Origin: Candidatus Hermodarchaeota archaeon
GTDB taxonomy: Archaea > Asgardarchaeota > Thorarchaeia > Thorarchaeales > Thorarchaeaceae
Length of the DNA stretch: 11,293 nucleotides
Assembly: GCA_048885865.1 (NCBI GenBank)
Contig: JBHLLF010000070.1
Span: 1-11,293 of the forward strand
Reading direction: 5' to 3'
Positions 8,177 through 11,293 of the stretch are shown here, piece after piece. The first letter of the stretch is position 1, and every line of letters starts with the position of its first letter. The translations under genes were made by a program, and so were the position numbers. The notes beneath the pieces are model-generated. The model was given only the letters and a program-made list of their open reading frames with translations, was not told where the DNA came from and made no database searches.

Positions 8177-8257
8177 ATGTTAACCAAAAGGGTTAACATT
8201 CTTATATGTTTACCTAATATATCAATATCTGATATTGTTTACTAAAAGGGTAAACTT
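8177..8257. promoter_or_regulatory. Three tandem palindromic operator-like boxes (9-5-9) at a 29-bp period
   Basis: Box 1 is ATGTTAACC-AAAAG-GGTTAACAT (8177-8199, perfect IR). Box 2 is ATGTTTACC-TAATA-TATCAATAT (8206-8228, right arm degenerate). Box 3 is TTGTTTACT-AAAAG-GGTAAACTT (8235-8257). Confidence 0.8.
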
Positions 8258-8262
8258 ATAAA
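8256..8262 (+). promoter_or_regulatory. Candidate TATA box of the SatE-like/SatD operon
   Basis: TTATAAA is a close match to the archaeal TATA consensus, lies 43-49 nt upstream of the ATG at 8305, and overlaps the right end of box 3. Confidence 0.6.
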
Positions 8263-8304
8263 GTGTGACTTGAATGTGATTCATAACTAGATTGTGGTGT
8301 TCTC

Positions 8305-8796
8305 ATGGGAATATATCAAAGGATTATAGGTCTACTAATAGCTCTGGTAAGCATCATTGCTCTATATCTCATCAGAGTCTTTCCAATACCCCCATTGTAT
8401 TCAGAGTTCTCGACAATCCTCTTTGGATACTTATTGGCTCTCTTCCTACCAGGTCTACTAATAGACCTAGTCTTTAGCGGAATAGGGAAGGAGGCAGGTG
8501 AAGACATTGCCTCCAAATGTGGAGGGTTGAGGTATGGAGGATATCTTATAGGATACGCTGAGAGGAGTCTGATTTTTCTGGCTGTTGTTATTGCCTATTT
8601 TGACGCTGCATTAACTTACGCATCGATTCTAAGCTTTCTCTCGGTTATAGTGGCTGGTAAAGCAATATTCAGGTATTCGAGTAGAGGAACAGATGATCGT
8701 GCCTGCGCAGACTGGTATATTCTAGGCACGCTCATGAGCATAACAATGGCTCTGGCATTGACATGGGGCATCTTTAGGTTCCTATTAGTTGGTTGA
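8305..8796 (+). CDS. Polytopic membrane protein resembling the C-terminal half of SatE/DUF3307-containing proteins
   Basis: About 5 hydrophobic segments. The motifs GGYLIGYAERSL, AGKAIFRY and ADWYILGTLMS match the remembered family pattern G..IG..ER...AK.I.R...EY.L.GTL.S. The gene is adjacent to a SatD-family gene. Confidence 0.75.
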   Translation: MGIYQRIIGLLIALVSIIALYLIRVFPIPPLYSEFSTILFGYLLALFLPGLLIDLVFSGIGKEAGEDIASKCGGLRYGGYLIGYAERSLIFLAVVIAYFDAALTYASILSFLSVIVAGKAIFRYSSRGTDDRACADWYILGTLMSITMALALTWGIFRFLLVG

Positions 8797-9415
8797 TGAT
8801 GAAATGATTGCGGCTATCATAGACATCGTAGCATCCAGAGATGCCTCCGTCCGCGAGCGGAGAAAATTGGACAGAGAGATACGAGGCGTGATAGATGAAA
8901 CATACAAACGGTTCAAGGAGTATTGTGTTGCCATACCTGCCTTGACGCAGGGCGATAGTATAGAGCTGTTAGTCAGCAGTTGGCATCCAATTGTATTTCT
9001 CCTTCATAAGCTCCTGATGAAAGACTTGGAGGTTCATGTAGGACTTGGAACAGGAGAGATCATAATCCATAATGAGATGGCAGATGATTGTGATGGACCT
9101 GCCTTCTGGAATGCCAGAGAAGCTCTCGACGAAGTGAAGCGCTTGAAACACATGAAGAGGCCAGCCAGCTTCAAAATTGATGAGAATGTTTCAGACAATG
9201 AGAGAACGATGATTGTCAATGTTGTTCTCTTGTTCACCAATCTTCTCAGTTTAAGCACAACTCAACTGCAGTATTGCTTCTACTACCTCTGGGATAAGAA
9301 GCAGATTTCTGAGATTGCCAAGGCTGTGAAGACGACGAAGGGGAATGTGAGCAGGACTTTGAGCAAGACACCATGTTATCTGCTCGAAGAGGTGATGACA
9401 TTTCTGGGCTGGTAA
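8789..9415 (+). CDS. satD: SatD-family protein (nucleotide-cyclase-like N-terminal domain plus C-terminal HTH)
   Basis: Motifs IDIVASR, TQGDSIE, VGLGTGEI and DGPAFWNAREAL, plus the C-terminal HTH KQISEIAKAVKTTKGNVSRTLSK, are characteristic of SatD. The start is either the TTG at 8789 (8-nt overlap with the upstream gene) or the ATG at 8804. Confidence 0.85.
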   Translation: MVDDEMIAAIIDIVASRDASVRERRKLDREIRGVIDETYKRFKEYCVAIPALTQGDSIELLVSSWHPIVFLLHKLLMKDLEVHVGLGTGEIIIHNEMADDCDGPAFWNAREALDEVKRLKHMKRPASFKIDENVSDNERTMIVNVVLLFTNLLSLSTTQLQYCFYYLWDKKQISEIAKAVKTTKGNVSRTLSKTPCYLLEEVMTFLGW

Positions 9416-9573
9416 TTGACAAAGGACATGAATCGGCTTGAACCGTCAATATCGGCAGGCCATCGTCCTCTTCTGTTCAGAATTATCTTCTAGCACGCAT
9501 CTCGTATTCATACATTTGGAGCTAAGAACAGTGTTCTGTTCTCTTCCTCAACCAAATACGTCAACTTGAGAGC

Positions 9574-9580
9574 TTATTAA
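9574..9580 (+). promoter_or_regulatory. Candidate TATA box for the sulfotransferase gene
   Basis: TTATTAA lies 32-38 nt upstream of the ATG at 9612, with purine-rich AAGGGAG at 9597-9603. Confidence 0.5.
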
Positions 9581-9611
9581 GAGGACTGTGGAAATCAAGG
9601 GAGACCTTCTG

Positions 9612-11293
9612 ATGAAGTGGAGTAGAGAAGCCCTATTTGCACTCATACTTATTGCGTTGATAATTAGTGGACTCTGGGTCACTCTCGCCTTCATCCATTC
9701 CCAAGGCACATCCCCCTTCGGTCCTGGTACTTATACTCCACATAGCTCAGATGCAACATCCAGACTAACAAGCTCTCTCTATGGGGGCATATCTTTTGAC
9801 TTAACGAAGACCGAGGGGTACTTGGATGGGTATAATCTGTTCAATCTGCATGCGATCAATGCCAGCAAACATAACGAACGAATAAACAACTCTCTGGTCA
9901 TCTTTGATATGGAAGGCAATCTCATCCTAGAGAATTCAGCTTTCAGAAAGCCGGTCGAGATGATAGATTCCACAACGATACTTGGTAATAGCCTGGACGG
10001 TGCCTTGCTATGGAATATGGAGACTGATGAGTATCTTCATACCAATATCAATGGACACCACGAGTTTGAGTATAATCCAAACAGCAACACTATCTTCACT
10101 CTGAATCTGACCAAGGTGGAGATTGAAGGTGAGATCTACCGATTTGATGAGATTTGTGAATACGCGCTCAATGGCTCTCTTGTTTGGAAGCTGGACCTTC
10201 ATGACTTCATTGACCTTTCAGATTGGTGCCCTTTTCATGATCGAGAGGGAGGCAAGAATGATGTAACACACGCAAACAGCATCTTCTACAATGCAGATGA
10301 AGACACCCTCATTCTGAATGTACGTAATGTAAACACATTCTACAAAATCGATCATGCTACCGGAGATATAATCTGGGCTCTTGGAGAACATGGGGATTTC
10401 ACTTTGTTTGACAGGGTCGGTCGAGAACGAGCCAGTCTCTTCTATCATGCTCATTCCGTTGAACAGATTGATGACAACCGATTCATCTTGTTTGATAATG
10501 ACTTTCATAATCAGACCAAACAATATTCTTTCAGGTCTCGCATTCTCGAGATTGAGATTGATGAAGAAGCCATGACTGCACGGGAGGTCTGGTCCTGGAC
10601 TGGTGATCTGAGTTATTTCTCTGCTTGGTGGGGTGACGCGGATCGATTAGCAAATGGGAATCGATTGGGGGCTTTCGGCACAGAGATCAAATATGCAGGC
10701 CCCTATGGTGCCCGTCTTGTTGAGGTGAATGATGAAGGCGAGGTCGTCTGGGAGATGTCATTCAGAAACACCGACGACATCATCTATGGTGTATACAGAA
10801 TGGAAAGAATCCGATTCTCCCCAATTCTCTCTTCACATGAGGATGTCCTAGTCAGCTATGGAACAGACCTTGACCTATCTTGGCAGGCATGGTACAACTT
10901 CAGACCGAAGTGGACTATGCACGGTACATACGAATTGTATGTAGATGACATTCTCTCGAAAAATGGAGCCATTGAATATGACAAATACTGGCGCCCCACG
11001 AATATGAGCTTCAATATCGGATCCCTTGATGTTGGATACCACAATGTCACCATGACTATCAGTGATGAAGCAGGCCACAGTACCACTGATACAGTGAATG
11101 TGAGCGTGCAGACATTTCAGGTTGATCGTAGTGGTCCATTGTTCACGGAAACAGGGTCCTCAAATTCAACCATCCGATGGAGTGGTGTCACCTCCTTTCC
11201 AGTATCATATGAATTGTCAGCAAACAGCACCATTCTTGAGCAGGGTCCTTGGTATGGTTCTGATATTCTATTGGATCTGAACGACCTGGCAGT
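9612..11293 (+). CDS. Aryl-sulfate sulfotransferase (ASST) family protein with an N-terminal signal/anchor and C-terminal Ig-like repeats; 3' end truncated
   Basis: Manual translation from the ATG at 9612 is open to the window end (560 codons). It begins with the hydrophobic leader MKWSREALFALILIALIISGLWVTLAF. ASST motifs are GHHEF, DVTHANSI, LNVRN, IIWALG, FYHAHS, LFDN, GDADRLANGN and VYRMER. A beta-rich tail follows (LDVGYHNVTMTISDEAGHSTTDTVNVSV). Confidence 0.9.
   Translation, partial: MKWSREALFALILIALIISGLWVTLAFIHSQGTSPFGPGTYTPHSSDATSRLTSSLYGGISFDLTKTEGYLDGYNLFNLHAINASKHNERINNSLVIFDMEGNLILENSAFRKPVEMIDSTTILGNSLDGALLWNMETDEYLHTNINGHHEFEYNPNSNTIFTLNLTKVEIEGEIYRFDEICEYALNGSLVWKLDLHDFIDLSDWCPFHDREGGKNDVTHANSIFYNADEDTLILNVRNVNTFYKIDHATGDIIWALGEHGDFTLFDRVGRERASLFYHAHSVEQIDDNRFILFDNDFHNQTKQYSFRSRILEIEIDEEAMTAREVWSWTGDLSYFSAWWGDADRLANGNRLGAFGTEIKYAGPYGARLVEVNDEGEVVWEMSFRNTDDIIYGVYRMERIRFSPILSSHEDVLVSYGTDLDLSWQAWYNFRPKWTMHGTYELYVDDILSKNGAIEYDKYWRPTNMSFNIGSLDVGYHNVTMTISDEAGHSTTDTVNVSVQTFQVDRSGPLFTETGSSNSTIRWSGVTSFPVSYELSANSTILEQGPWYGSDILLDLNDLA

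Noticed and set aside
8177-8257. Palindromic repeats as a mini-CRISPR array
   Set aside because: The 29-bp period leaves only 6 nt between 23-bp units, so there are no spacers. The copies are degenerate and no cas genes are in the window.
9525-9542. Hairpin AGAACAG-TGTT-CTGTTCT downstream of satD
   Set aside because: The stem is short and weak, lies about 110 nt past the stop and has no clear U-tract, so it cannot be supported as a terminator or operator.
9416-9611. Possible small gene, pseudogene or ncRNA in the 196-bp gap
   Set aside because: Only very short ORFs without recognisable motifs were found, and no tRNA cloverleaf or other known RNA structure was seen.
9779-11086. Several 60-100 aa ORFs on both strands
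   Set aside because: All lie within the long plus-strand sulfotransferase frame starting at 9612.

Overview
Gene-dense window that looks archaeal. TATA-like boxes sit about 25-50 nt upstream of several start codons, and the surface proteins are rich in N-glycosylation sequons and carry Ig-like repeats. This style is reminiscent of Asgard/Thorarchaeota genomes, which is an inference only. In order, the window holds: a TPR protein running off the left edge (minus strand, missed by the ORF track); a HAD hydrolase; a single-pass surface glycoprotein; a chagasin/I42-like small protein; a class I SAM methyltransferase; a 2-TM PH-like membrane protein; an ArsR-type HTH regulator with an 8-Cys FYVE-like zinc finger, divergent from a MacB/LolD-type (type VII) ABC ATPase and FtsX-type permease; a small 2-TM protein; a two-gene module of a SatE/DUF3307-like membrane protein and a SatD-family protein; and an aryl-sulfate sulfotransferase with Ig-like repeats running off the right edge (also missed by the ORF track). 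The most interesting element is the SatE-like/SatD module. SatD shows class III nucleotide-cyclase-like motifs fused to an HTH. The module is preceded by three palindromic boxes at an exact 29-bp period, the last overlapping the TATA box. This suggests an autoregulated nucleotide-signalling system with a membrane effector. No rRNA, tRNA, CRISPR array or transposase was recognised.
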